From Methanotrichaceae archaeon (GTDB taxonomy: Archaea > Halobacteriota > Methanosarcinia > Methanotrichales > Methanotrichaceae): a stretch of 64,000 nt of DNA. The position numbers were made by a program, and so were the translations under genes. The notes beneath the pieces were generated by a model, which was given only the letters and a program-made list of their open reading frames with translations, made no database searches and had not been told where the DNA came from. The stretch is taken from positions 96,001 to 160,000 of the forward strand of contig CAWDLW010000017.1 in NCBI GenBank assembly GCA_963803145.1, read 5' to 3'. Of the stretch, positions 20,636 to 30,115 are shown one piece after another; position 1 is the stretch's first letter; each line of letters starts with the position of its first letter.

Positions 20636-21742
20636 TCACTTGCCTTGACTCTGCGGGCAGGCGTTTATTATAAAGATATTGATTGTAGCACCTGAAGTGC
20701 GATTCATCTGTGTGTAGTTTAGTATTCTATCCAGATATTTTAGGGCAGTATCTCCCTCAGGCATCGTTTCATTTACAACGACTGCAGTTCCTGCATTGGA
20801 TGGAGCTATGGCAGGCTTTGATGGCGCCGATGGAGCCGCGGCAGGCTCGGGTGTTGCAGTGATATTGACATTGCTAATATCCAGACCCGGCTCAGCCTTT
20901 TTAAGGGCTTCTACGAATGCTGGTTTTTCAGTATATCCTGACAGCGTCTGATTTAGGCTTCCATTCTTGAAGATAAAGAACACCGGGAAGAATGTGATAT
21001 TGTATTTTGTGGCAGTCTCGTTGTTCTTCAAAGCATTTATAAGACCGAAGGCAACCTGGCCTTTAAGCTCATTTGATAGCTCGAGAATAGTTGCGTTATT
21101 CGCCTTGCAGTAGCCGCACCAATCGGCAAAACCCATCAGTACGAACAGGGGATACTTCTTCACTGCGAACGTGAGAGTGCTGTCATTTACTTTCATAGGC
21201 ATAGCAGGTTTATCCGCCCCGAGGTCGATCAGAGGTATATCTCCCTGATTTGCAGCGGGCGCTGGAGGAGTAATCCCCAGCTGGGCGACTATCTCAACGC
21301 GGCTCGTGTTCAGCCCTGGCCTAAATGTCTTGAGCGTATCTACAAGATCTGACTCATTGCTGTATCCTAACCGAGTATCGATGAGAGTACCATTTTTGAA
21401 TATCAGAAGCGTTGGTAAGTCAGTGATGTTATATCTCTTGACAATCTTGCTGTTATTTCCGACATCGATCACCCCGAAGGCCATCTGGCCGTTTAGCTCG
21501 CTTGAGAGCAGATTGAATGCAGCGTTCATTTCTTTGCATGGCGGGCACCAAGGAGCGTAGCAATCAAGAGCAAAAAATTGGTATTTGCTTATTGTGCTGT
21601 TGACAAGGCTGTCATTTAGTTCAAGGGCCAATCCCTGAGAGCTATTTGAACTTGATTGCTGACCCGCCGCTGAGGTGATGATTGGGCTAAATGCCGCTAG
21701 TAAAACTAACAGAAGGTATAAGATTATTCGTCTGTTATGCAT
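20636..21742 (-). CDS. Secreted two-domain thioredoxin-fold protein (PDI-like)
   Basis: Signal peptide; WCPPC and WCGYC active sites each followed by P-x-x-x-IFKNG; Pro/Ala linker. Confidence 0.85.
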   Translation of the reverse strand: MHNRRIILYLLLVLLAAFSPIITSAAGQQSSSNSSQGLALELNDSLVNSTISKYQFFALDCYAPWCPPCKEMNAAFNLLSSELNGQMAFGVIDVGNNSKIVKRYNITDLPTLLIFKNGTLIDTRLGYSNESDLVDTLKTFRPGLNTSRVEIVAQLGITPPAPAANQGDIPLIDLGADKPAMPMKVNDSTLTFAVKKYPLFVLMGFADWCGYCKANNATILELSNELKGQVAFGLINALKNNETATKYNITFFPVFFIFKNGSLNQTLSGYTEKPAFVEALKKAEPGLDISNVNITATPEPAAAPSAPSKPAIAPSNAGTAVVVNETMPEGDTALKYLDRILNYTQMNRTSGATINIFIINACPQSQGK

Positions 21743-21899
21743 ATTGTCCCTCCATCTGAATCCAATTTCTCAGGGTCAGTGACCTCGAGGATATTAAAGC
21801 TTACGATAAATAATTAACAAAAAGATAATATTATTTATTATGATATTTATTTTGAAATTTAAGAACTATTAAGTTTACATTCATTGTCCTTATTGCCTA

Positions 21900-22808
21900 T
21901 CATATCCCAATAGGAAGAGTGCCTGGGCAGCAGGACAACCAACCCTCATCGTCATCAGATATGTTTGTAGGATTGATTGCCTTTAATGGACTTACCAAAG
22001 TCATATCAAGTTTCTCAGAGGTGTTAAAGTCACCGTAGTATCTTCTATAACCCTCGTTGACAGCAATCGTTCCTCTGCTAGTGTTGGCCGGCAAGCTCTG
22101 TCTATATTCTAGGTCTGCTATTCCAGTGGAATGGGCGGCAACACTGTAGGTGAGTTCCTTATTGGATTCTTCCCTGGCAGTCTTGGTGGAGTCGTTCAGA
22201 TTTATCATGATCACCCTTATATTCAAAGCGCGAATTCCTATGGCTCTCTCTTTGCTGTAGTTGGTATTATAGAGGAAGTTGGTGAATACATCAGCCTGAT
22301 TATTGCCCATGAACTCATTATCGTTGATACCCTTCCCGGAGTACTCAATGCGATCGATCATGTTCACATTGCTGGACGGAGTATTTCTGGCGTAATATTC
22401 ATTTGATCCCGGAATCCTTACCAGCTCAAGATCTGATGGATTGATGTATTTTAATTTCCCTGTTATGGCCTCCTGCGAGCTGTAGTTCCCCTGGCGGGCT
22501 GAAGTGCTCTCCTTTAACTTGAAGTTCTTAACTGCCGCATTAAAGTAGCATGACTGGAGTGGCGCTATTGTCCTGCCATTGTAGGCCTTTATGGGCTTTA
22601 TAGTGCCGCTAACGAGGCTATCCATCTCAAGGTTCAGGCTGACGCTTTGATGTGAAATATCTGTTGGCGAACTGCTGCCAGCGGCGCCTGGATAGAGATT
22701 ATCTTGATTGAGGCCCCCATTCTCGTTCAAAAATTCGTCATTTAGGCTGGCATTGGCCTGAGAGATTAGAATTAATATAAGTATGAGAACAAATATTTCA
22801 AGCCTCAT
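21900..22808 (-). CDS. Secreted hypothetical protein with C-terminal WLSCCPG motif
   Basis: Signal peptide from MRLEIF; long ORF with many N-x-S/T sequons. Confidence 0.7.
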   Translation of the reverse strand: MRLEIFVLILILILISQANASLNDEFLNENGGLNQDNLYPGAAGSSSPTDISHQSVSLNLEMDSLVSGTIKPIKAYNGRTIAPLQSCYFNAAVKNFKLKESTSARQGNYSSQEAITGKLKYINPSDLELVRIPGSNEYYARNTPSSNVNMIDRIEYSGKGINDNEFMGNNQADVFTNFLYNTNYSKERAIGIRALNIRVIMINLNDSTKTAREESNKELTYSVAAHSTGIADLEYRQSLPANTSRGTIAVNEGYRRYYGDFNTSEKLDMTLVSPLKAINPTNISDDDEGWLSCCPGTLPIGI

Positions 22809-22902
22809 CCGGCCACCTCGCATGATTCGATGTCGACATAGCAGATTATGGGCATCAGGAGCCACATTTCCTTCAAGTGACAGCCATCTCCCTACGGATC
22901 TC

Positions 22903-22956
22903 CTAAGGTTTGATGGAGAGCATCAACAGAAATCCATTAACTGCTTTAATTATCAT
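22903..22956 (-). pseudogene. Second orphan signal-peptide stub of the Cys-rich paralog family
   Basis: MIIKAVNGFLLMLSIKP-stop versus MIVKAAIGFLLLMLFIVP; preceded by the same GAGGG RBS and upstream block. Confidence 0.65.
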
Positions 22957-22998
22957 GATTCTTTGTTCCCTCCAAAGACTGGCTTGTAAATGTTAGCA

Positions 22999-23085
22999 TA
23001 AATAGTTATTCATTATGGTCTAAAATCTTACTAATACACTTTTGCCCGGGGATCTACCTCTCCCAATATATCAAAATCCAATGCA
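22999..23085 (-). promoter_or_regulatory. Copy of the promoter block found upstream of the Cys-rich paralogs
   Basis: TAAATAGTTATTCATTAT(G/A)GT recurs at 22999, 25185, 26193 and 27084; reads ATAATGAATAACTATTTA (TATA-like) on minus strand. Confidence 0.65.
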
Positions 23086-23183
23086 TCTAGAATAGGATGG
23101 AAAAGGGAGTTTAGGTACAAGGCCACAGCGACAAAGAATTTAAATATTCCTGATACCTTCTGCAACAAACTAGGAGGTATATC

Positions 23184-23582
23184 ATGGAGAATGAGAAGAG
23201 AATTGCAGCGGTTTTTACTGCTCTTCTGGCGCTGACATGCCTTGTATTGCCTGCTATGGGATATTCAATATCCGGACTAGTTTACAGTGACATAAATAAA
23301 AATGGAGTCATGGATCGAAATGAGAACGGTCTTGCCAATATAACCGTAAGTCTGGGAGGGCCTGTGCTCTGCCTCAACGACAAAGGATTGTTTGTGGAGC
23401 CGAATGTCTACAGTCTGAACATGACAACCAACAAAACAGGCATCTTCAATTTCACGGTTGATAAATTTGGGCGGTACTTCCTTAAGGCGATCGACGGAGA
23501 TACGATTCTAGTTAAGCCGTCAGCTATAGATATCGCACATCCTAATGATATAATAAACCTTAACCTCACAGAAATAAAATAA
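23184..23582 (+). CDS. Secreted SdrD B-like (Cna-B-type) domain protein
   Basis: SISGLVYSDINKNGVMD-x-NE-x-GLANITV-x-L, TTNKTG-x-F-x-F. Confidence 0.75.
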   Translation: MENEKRIAAVFTALLALTCLVLPAMGYSISGLVYSDINKNGVMDRNENGLANITVSLGGPVLCLNDKGLFVEPNVYSLNMTTNKTGIFNFTVDKFGRYFLKAIDGDTILVKPSAIDIAHPNDIINLNLTEIK

Positions 23583-23679
23583 AGAGGGTATCCGGCCCGA
23601 AAATCTTTTTTTGACTCTAAACCGAATCCGTTTAAAACAGCCAAGCTAATAAAATTATAATTGGAGGCAATACTGCCCA

Positions 23680-24114
23680 TCAACTGGCAATGTAGAATGC
23701 ATTAGGTTGTTGCTGCGAATCGTCTAGATTGTATACGACTCCGGAGTTGTAATTGTATGCTTCGCCTAGATCAAATTCAGAAGTATACCATCCTAACGGC
23801 GCATTTATAGGTACATCCCAGATTGAGCATACCCAGTCAGATGTTTCCCCAGGTTGAAGGTATACCGGCCTTGCATCGCCATAATACCAGTTGCCGTATG
23901 GGTCTTCTACGGATAGCTGAACCCAGAAAGTACATGGCACATATCCTGTATTAGTGATCTTGGCGCAATTGCCGCCAATGCCGTTTTGTCTATACCAATC
24001 GCCGCTAGCGAACTGGTAATCAGTGATCTTTGCATCTGTCGTATCTGATGCGGCCAGAGCTATTGGAACCCCAACAAAGGAGATCAACAATAACCCGCAT
24101 ATTATCTGTTTCAT
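23680..24114 (-). CDS. Secreted single Ig-like (CARDB-like) domain protein, paralog of 36344-36778
   Basis: Signal peptide; ITNTG, FWV, PGET, QPNAF. Confidence 0.7.
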   Translation of the reverse strand: MKQIICGLLLISFVGVPIALAASDTTDAKITDYQFASGDWYRQNGIGGNCAKITNTGYVPCTFWVQLSVEDPYGNWYYGDARPVYLQPGETSDWVCSIWDVPINAPLGWYTSEFDLGEAYNYNSGVVYNLDDSQQQPNAFYIAS

Positions 24115-24502
24115 CAAATTCACACCCTCCATGCGATATTTATTTGGGCTGTTATTGCAGACCTTTCTATTAAGTTCTTTCGGAACTATTGAAAAATTAT
24201 AGCGAACTTATAAAAAACGAGGGATGCTATGGGCCTAAAATACAAATGGCGAAATTATCATTGGAATACTACGATCCCTCTTCATTTAAGCCCTAAATCG
24301 CGTCCGGCATTGCAATTCTCAAAACTAACTGGTTATTCGCTTATCAGTTTTCTATAAATTTTATTAACCTTGAAAAAATATCATAGGACTATTAGGGGAA
24401 GAGGAGGCCAGGGCAGAGCCTCCCTAGCCATTCCTGGCCACTCTCATCGTCCCAGTTAGCAGGCACTCGCCATCGGCCCAGCGTTAGTCAGGGTTCTTCT
24501 CG

Positions 24503-25135
24503 CTATCCATTTGGTGTTGGATTGGGTACTGGCCCTGGCATGGGTTCAGTTGGATTCGGCACCGGTTCCGGCATAATCTCTTCAGGCTCAGGCATAACGC
24601 ATATGCACCGACCATCTCTCCATGCACAGTTGGGATCTTTCTCGCACTCTATCTGCTCAGGGTTCGTCATAGCGCATAGGCATTCACCATTGACCCAGTG
24701 GCATTTAGGGTTGGCCTCGCAGTCAGCCGTGAGGTTTTGAACAGGTGCAGCTCCGGAGTTGGAGGATTTCACATCGCAATGATAGCCAGGAAGAAATATA
24801 AATCGGCATGTCGGACCCTTATGCTCATCCCATGGGCATGATTCTGGAAGATAAGCATCGCATATAAATTCTTCATACGGATCAGACACGCAACTGTTAG
24901 GAATATTTATCACTGGATAACAAGGCCCGTGTAAAAGTTTTGGTAATTTTTCCCCGGTTGATATTCTATAGCAATATCCGTTCCAAGTAGCACAACTCAT
25001 ATCCTGATTCGCAGATAGGTTATCGCTCCCAGTCGCCACATTATTCTGATTTATTTCCGGCTGTGCCAGTGTCGGCACGATGAAGAGCATCAGCAACAGA
25101 AATCCAATAGCCGCTTTCACTATCATATTTTTCAT
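24503..25135 (-). CDS. Secreted Cys-rich paralog 1 (leader, variable 8-Cys core, constant Cys4x2 plus Pro tail)
   Basis: Signal peptide; C-terminal ~80 aa near-identical to two neighbours. Confidence 0.88.
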   Translation of the reverse strand: MKNMIVKAAIGFLLLMLFIVPTLAQPEINQNNVATGSDNLSANQDMSCATWNGYCYRISTGEKLPKLLHGPCYPVINIPNSCVSDPYEEFICDAYLPESCPWDEHKGPTCRFIFLPGYHCDVKSSNSGAAPVQNLTADCEANPKCHWVNGECLCAMTNPEQIECEKDPNCAWRDGRCICVMPEPEEIMPEPVPNPTEPMPGPVPNPTPNG

Positions 25136-25520
25136 CCCTCCAAAGCCTTGGAAATATTTGCTTAAAACTGGTTCATAACCTACTTAAATAGTTATTCATT
25201 ATGGTATAAAATTTCGCCAATACACTTTTATCCCGACATATATATCTCCCAATATAGCAAAATCCAATGATGCAAATGTTGCATCCTTAATGCTCACCCT
25301 CGATGCCTCCGATGCCATCTTCGGGAGCCCGAACTTGATGGGGATATATGCTTAGACTGTTATTTCCAGGAGGCCAGGGCGGAGCCTTCGGAGATTTCTC
25401 GAAACTAACGACTCATGGCCGAAGGATGAAGAGAAGCGAGCTTAGGCGGCGCATTAGAATAAGGCTTCATGAGCTTAATTCTATCAAAAAATGAGATGAA
25501 ATGTGCAGCCTGATCTCTTG

Positions 25521-26135
25521 CTATCCATTTGGTGTTGGATTGGGTACAGGCCCTGGCATAGGTTCAGGTGTTGGATTGGGTACAGGTCCCGGCATTGGCT
25601 CCACAGGCTCAGGCATAACGCAGATGCACCGGCCATCTCTCCATGCACAATTGGGATCTTTCTCGCACTCTATCTGCTCAGGACTTTGCATGATACATAG
25701 GCATTCACCATTAACCCAGTGGCAATTAGGGTTGGCCTCGCAGTCAGCCGTGAGATTTTGAACCGGTGCAGCTTCAGGACCGGGTTCATGCCATTTGCAC
25801 GGTTTCGTGAATTGTAATTTGCATTCGCAGCGCAATCCACCCTCGTGGCAAGGGCATGGCCTAGGGAAATCCTCGTTACAAGTAGTGCCCCCATTGCCAA
25901 ATTGGATAGGCAAGCATTCTCCAGCCCAAATTTTCAACTCACAATGCCCTTGTGTAGTACCGGACCAACCAGTATACCAGTTATGGCACACACCAGTCCA
26001 AGTGCCTTCACAGCCTGTTGGTGGGTTCACGTTATTGCTTCCAGTCGCCGTAATATTCTGATCTACATTCTGTGCCAGTGCTGGCATAATGAAGATCGCC
26101 AGCAGCAGCAATCCAATAGCCGCTCTCACTATCAT
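25521..26135 (-). CDS. Secreted Cys-rich paralog 2 (variable 10-Cys core)
   Basis: Same architecture; ends MPGPVPNPTPNG. Confidence 0.88.
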   Translation of the reverse strand: MIVRAAIGLLLLAIFIMPALAQNVDQNITATGSNNVNPPTGCEGTWTGVCHNWYTGWSGTTQGHCELKIWAGECLPIQFGNGGTTCNEDFPRPCPCHEGGLRCECKLQFTKPCKWHEPGPEAAPVQNLTADCEANPNCHWVNGECLCIMQSPEQIECEKDPNCAWRDGRCICVMPEPVEPMPGPVPNPTPEPMPGPVPNPTPNG

Positions 26136-26456
26136 GTTTTTTCATCCCTCTCACGCCTTGAAATATTTGCTTAAAGACGGTAAACGCCTATATAAATAGT
26201 TATTCATTATAGTTTAAAATCTTGCCAATACATTTTTATCCCGACGTATATATCCAAATATAGCAAAATCTAATGATGCAAATGTATCCTAAATGCTCAC
26301 CCTCTCCGCCTCCGATGCCATCTCCGGGAGCTCGAACTGGATGGAGATATATGCTTAGACTGTTATTTCGAGGTGGCCAGGGCCTTCCTGGCCGCTCTCA
26401 TCGTCCCAGTTCGTAGGCACTCGCCATCAGCCCAATGGCAGTCAGGGTTCTTCTCG

Positions 26457-27026
26457 CTATCCATTTGGAGTTGGATTCGGTACAGGCCCAGGCATGGGTT
26501 CAGTTGGATTGGGCACCGGCCCAGACATGATCTCTTCAGGTTCTGGCATAACGCAGATACACCGGCCATCTCTCCAGGCACAGAGAGGATCTTTCTCGCA
26601 CTCTATCTGCTCGGGACTTTGCATGACACATAGGCATTTACCATTGACCCAGTGGCAGTTAGGGTTAGCCTCGCAGTCAGCCGTGAGATTTTCAACCGGC
26701 TCGGCCTCGGAATTCCAGATCCAGTGGCAATAACCGTACGGTTTATATTTGAAAGTACATTTTTGACCATTATCGCATTTCAAGCTAGTATAACGGGCAC
26801 ATACTTGGCTCATATCTTCTTTGGGCTCACATGTCCCCCAAGACAACCCACAAGATCCACCTAATGTTTGGCTCGCTCCATATTGATCATAGCAGATTCC
26901 ACTCCAACCTGAACACTCCATTGGCGCGGAAATACTGCTTCCAGCCGCCGCATTATTCGTTATTTGTGCCAGTGCCGGCGCTATGAAGAGCACTAGCAGC
27001 AATCCAATAGCCGCTTTACATATCAT
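26457..27026 (-). CDS. Secreted Cys-rich paralog 3 (variable 8-Cys core)
   Basis: Same architecture; ends MPGPVPNPTPNG. Confidence 0.88.
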   Translation of the reverse strand: MICKAAIGLLLVLFIAPALAQITNNAAAGSSISAPMECSGWSGICYDQYGASQTLGGSCGLSWGTCEPKEDMSQVCARYTSLKCDNGQKCTFKYKPYGYCHWIWNSEAEPVENLTADCEANPNCHWVNGKCLCVMQSPEQIECEKDPLCAWRDGRCICVMPEPEEIMSGPVPNPTEPMPGPVPNPTPNG

Positions 27027-27274
27027 AGTTCTGTCATTCCTCCGACTCGGAAATATTTACAATGTGACGATTCAGTATCGACATAAATAGTTATTCATTA
27101 TAGTTTAATATTTTTCAGTTTCAAAAAAAAGAGCTTGAAGGTGCAGCTTCATACCTTCCAGACCAATTTGTATTTTAGTGTTTCGATCAAAATGATTTTG
27201 AAGTTATCCAAGTCGCTACAGATGGCTCTAAATATCAAGAATTGATAATGTAGATTTCAAGAAAAGGAGGCCAG

Positions 27275-27673
27275 ATGATGAATGGATATTTGATTCTGTT
27301 GTTGGTCGCAGCCCTCTCCTCAATAGGGTTAGTTTCAGCAAATAGCATATGCGATAATGCTCCGTGCGAAAAACCAATAAATGCCAGCATCGGAGAGGAT
27401 TTTAGTATAACTATAGGATCCAATCCAGGATCGACAGGCTCTGACTGGTGGACAAATTTTGATACCCAATACATAAGCCTGGCAAATTCGACCTTCGTTC
27501 CCGGAAATGCGCCTTCTGGAATGGAGGGTGTACCCGGAAAGAGAATTTTCACCTTCAATGCCAAAAGAGCTGGCAATACTGAAGTGATCATGCTCCTGCT
27601 TCAGCCCTGGGTTAACGGCACTATCGCAGAGGAAAAAATCTTTCCTGTAAGCATCAAAGCTGCTGTAAAATAG
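27275..27673 (+). CDS. Secreted chagasin-family (I42) cysteine peptidase inhibitor
   Basis: G-E-x-F-x-I, SNPGSTG-x-x-W, G-x-x-G-x-R-x-FTF-x-A, QPW loop. Confidence 0.8.
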   Translation: MMNGYLILLLVAALSSIGLVSANSICDNAPCEKPINASIGEDFSITIGSNPGSTGSDWWTNFDTQYISLANSTFVPGNAPSGMEGVPGKRIFTFNAKRAGNTEVIMLLLQPWVNGTIAEEKIFPVSIKAAVK

Positions 27674-27809
27674 ATCTCCTGGCGATTTCCTCCATCCTTC
27701 ATTAGGGTGGGTGCATTGCTCTCAAATTTTATCTATATAGAAGAGATTCAAGGAGCTTGATGGAAAGTTTTAAGTATTAACATATTTTTAAAGTATTATT
27801 TAATGTTGG

Positions 27810-30077
27810 TTGGAGTTGCTAATCATGTTGAGCTGTATGCCTAGAAGAGCCTTTATCATCCTGCTTTGGGCTATGTTAATTGTATCGATAATTCCTGTCT
27901 TGGCCGAACTTAATCTTACCAATTCGACTCAAAATAGTCCTATTTCGCAATTGGCAATCGATAATGAATCCGTCCAAGTATCAATGCTAAAGCTGCCATT
28001 AAGCTTCATAGAGAACCTTGGTCAGTCCTCTAACGATGTAAAATTCATGATCAAGACCTCCGGGAAGACTATATTCTTTACTCCTTCCGACATTGTATTT
28101 GCGTTATCCGGCGGCAACAATTCGTCTGTGGTCCATATGGAATTTGAGGGCTCTAAATCATGTCAGATAATAGGCGAAGGGCAGCTTCCTGGCACAGCCA
28201 ACTTCTTCATCGGAAATGATTCGTCCAAGTGGGTAACCGAGATACCTACCTATAGCGCAGTCAGATACAAAGATTTCTATCCTGGAGTCGATCTGGTCTT
28301 CAAAGGCACGGAAGGAAGCCTGAAGCATGAGCTGCTGCTGAAGCCCGGCGCGGACCCGGCCAAAATCGTTATGGCTTACAGCGGCCAGGATAACCTGAGC
28401 CTCGACAAGAATGGATCGATCCTGATCAAGACTATTGCAGGCAACCTCACAGACTCTGCGCCCTTCTGCTACCAGGACATCGATGGGAGCAGGGTGATTG
28501 TCGAGGGGAAATATCGAAGAATTGATACCAATAAGATAGGGTTTGAGATCAAAGAATATAATCAGAGCCTTCCTCTTGTGATAGATCCCTTGCTGAGATA
28601 TTCTACCTATCTAGGTGGTAAGGGTTATGATGAAGGCAATGGCATAGCTGTAGACTGCAGCGGCAACGCCTATGTTACAGGACGGACGAAGTCGACTGAC
28701 TTCCCGACAAAAAATGCATACCAGGCCGCGAACGCAGGGTTTGAAGACGCTTTTGTCATCAAGCTGAGCCCCGCGGGGAATAAACTTGTCTACTCCACTT
28801 ATCTGGGAGGTAGCGGTCCCGACAGCGGCAATGGCATAGCCATAGATAGCAGAGGTAACGCCTATGTTACAGGAAGGACCGATTCGACTGACTTTCCGAC
28901 AAAAAATGCATACCAGGCTGCGAACGCAGGGTTCGCCGACGCTTTTGTCATCAAGTTGAGCCCTGCGGGGAATAAACTTGTCTACTCCACTTATCTGGGA
29001 GGTAGCCGAAATGATTTTGCAAATGGCATAGCTATAGGCCCGGGCTCCAGCGGTAACGCTTATGTTACAGGGCGGACGAAGTCGACTGACTTCCCGACAC
29101 AGAACCCATACCAGGTCGCGAATGCAGGAAACAACGACACTTTTGTCACAAAGTTAAGTCCCGCAGGGAATAGACTCATATATTCCACTTATATGGGAGG
29201 CAGCAAAAACGAGAGCGGCAGTGGCGTAGCTGTAGATCGCATCGGTAACGCTTATGTTACAGGATTCACGGATTCGGATAACTTTCCGACCAAAAACCCA
29301 TACCAGGCCACGAAGGCAAAATGCTCCGACGCTTTTATCACAAAGCTGAACCCTGCAGGGAATAAACTGGTCTATTCCACTTACCTAGGCGGCAACAGCT
29401 GCGATATTGGCTATGGCATAGCCGTAGACAGCAGCGGTGACGTATATATTGCAGGGATCACACCTTCGACCGACTTTCCGACCAAAAACCCATATCAGGC
29501 TGTAAACGCGGGAGGTGGCGACGTTTTTGCAGCCAAGCTTAATCCTGCAGGGAATAAACTTGTCTACTCAACTTATCTGGGTGGTAGCGGTGAAGACTGG
29601 GGCAAAGGCATATCTGTAGACAGCAGAGGTAACGCTTATGTTACAGGATGGACGTATTCGACCAATTTCCCAACCAAGAATGCATACCAGGCCGCAAATG
29701 CAGGAGTACATGACGCTTTCATAGCCGTCTTTACAAAAGCGCCTCCAAATACGCCATCCATGCCTTCAGGACCTGTTTCAGGTAAGATAAGAACACTCTA
29801 CAGGTATACGACATCAGCCATAGATCCCGAGGGAGGCCAAATTAAATATACCTTCAACTGGGGAGACGGAACAACATCGACAACACGTCTGGTCGACTCT
29901 GGAACAGAGGCATTTGCATATCATAGATGGACAAAAGAGGGAACATTCCAGGTTAAGGCCATGGCTACAGATAGCAAAGGTGCGACCTCGGAATATTCAA
30001 GTGCATTGGGTGTTAGAATAGGTTATGTCCGATTGTGCGTACGCCTCTTGAAGGAAGCCAGCCATAGCATCATTTGA
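27810..30077 (+). CDS. Secreted SBBP-repeat beta-propeller protein with N-terminal domain and C-terminal PKD domain
   Basis: Six repeats YSTYLGG..D...GIAVD..GNAYVTG.T.S.DFPT; FIENLGQ and LVIDP; WGDG PKD motif. Confidence 0.88.
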   Translation: MELLIMLSCMPRRAFIILLWAMLIVSIIPVLAELNLTNSTQNSPISQLAIDNESVQVSMLKLPLSFIENLGQSSNDVKFMIKTSGKTIFFTPSDIVFALSGGNNSSVVHMEFEGSKSCQIIGEGQLPGTANFFIGNDSSKWVTEIPTYSAVRYKDFYPGVDLVFKGTEGSLKHELLLKPGADPAKIVMAYSGQDNLSLDKNGSILIKTIAGNLTDSAPFCYQDIDGSRVIVEGKYRRIDTNKIGFEIKEYNQSLPLVIDPLLRYSTYLGGKGYDEGNGIAVDCSGNAYVTGRTKSTDFPTKNAYQAANAGFEDAFVIKLSPAGNKLVYSTYLGGSGPDSGNGIAIDSRGNAYVTGRTDSTDFPTKNAYQAANAGFADAFVIKLSPAGNKLVYSTYLGGSRNDFANGIAIGPGSSGNAYVTGRTKSTDFPTQNPYQVANAGNNDTFVTKLSPAGNRLIYSTYMGGSKNESGSGVAVDRIGNAYVTGFTDSDNFPTKNPYQATKAKCSDAFITKLNPAGNKLVYSTYLGGNSCDIGYGIAVDSSGDVYIAGITPSTDFPTKNPYQAVNAGGGDVFAAKLNPAGNKLVYSTYLGGSGEDWGKGISVDSRGNAYVTGWTYSTNFPTKNAYQAANAGVHDAFIAVFTKAPPNTPSMPSGPVSGKIRTLYRYTTSAIDPEGGQIKYTFNWGDGTTSTTRLVDSGTEAFAYHRWTKEGTFQVKAMATDSKGATSEYSSALGVRIGYVRLCVRLLKEASHSII

Positions 30078-30115
30078 CAAAAGTCTTAAGAGCTTAAAAA
30101 ACAAAACAAAAGCTT

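Larger units (their letters stand above)
24400..27110 (-). repeat. Three tandem ~0.75-1 kb gene-sized repeat units (promoter, leader, variable core, constant tail)
   Basis: Upstream, leader and 3' DNA nearly identical between units; central ~210-240 bp unalignable at DNA level by eye. Confidence 0.85.

Noticed and set aside
26135-26145. Phase variation via A5 versus A6 tract between two ATGs in paralogs 1 and 2
   Set aside because: RBS spacing favours the second ATG in both genes, so tract length would not change the frame.
24503-26459. Amber (pyrrolysine) readthrough of the shared TAG stop into an extra Cys repeat
   Set aside because: The downstream repeat is in a different frame from the TAG.
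24503-27026. Diversity-generating retroelement as the source of core variability
   Set aside because: There is no reverse transcriptase or template repeat in the window, and the cores differ at all bases and in length rather than only at adenines.
28600-29720. ~190-bp direct repeats as a CRISPR or non-coding array
   Set aside because: They are in-frame SBBP propeller repeats. No short repeat-spacer array was seen anywhere in the window.
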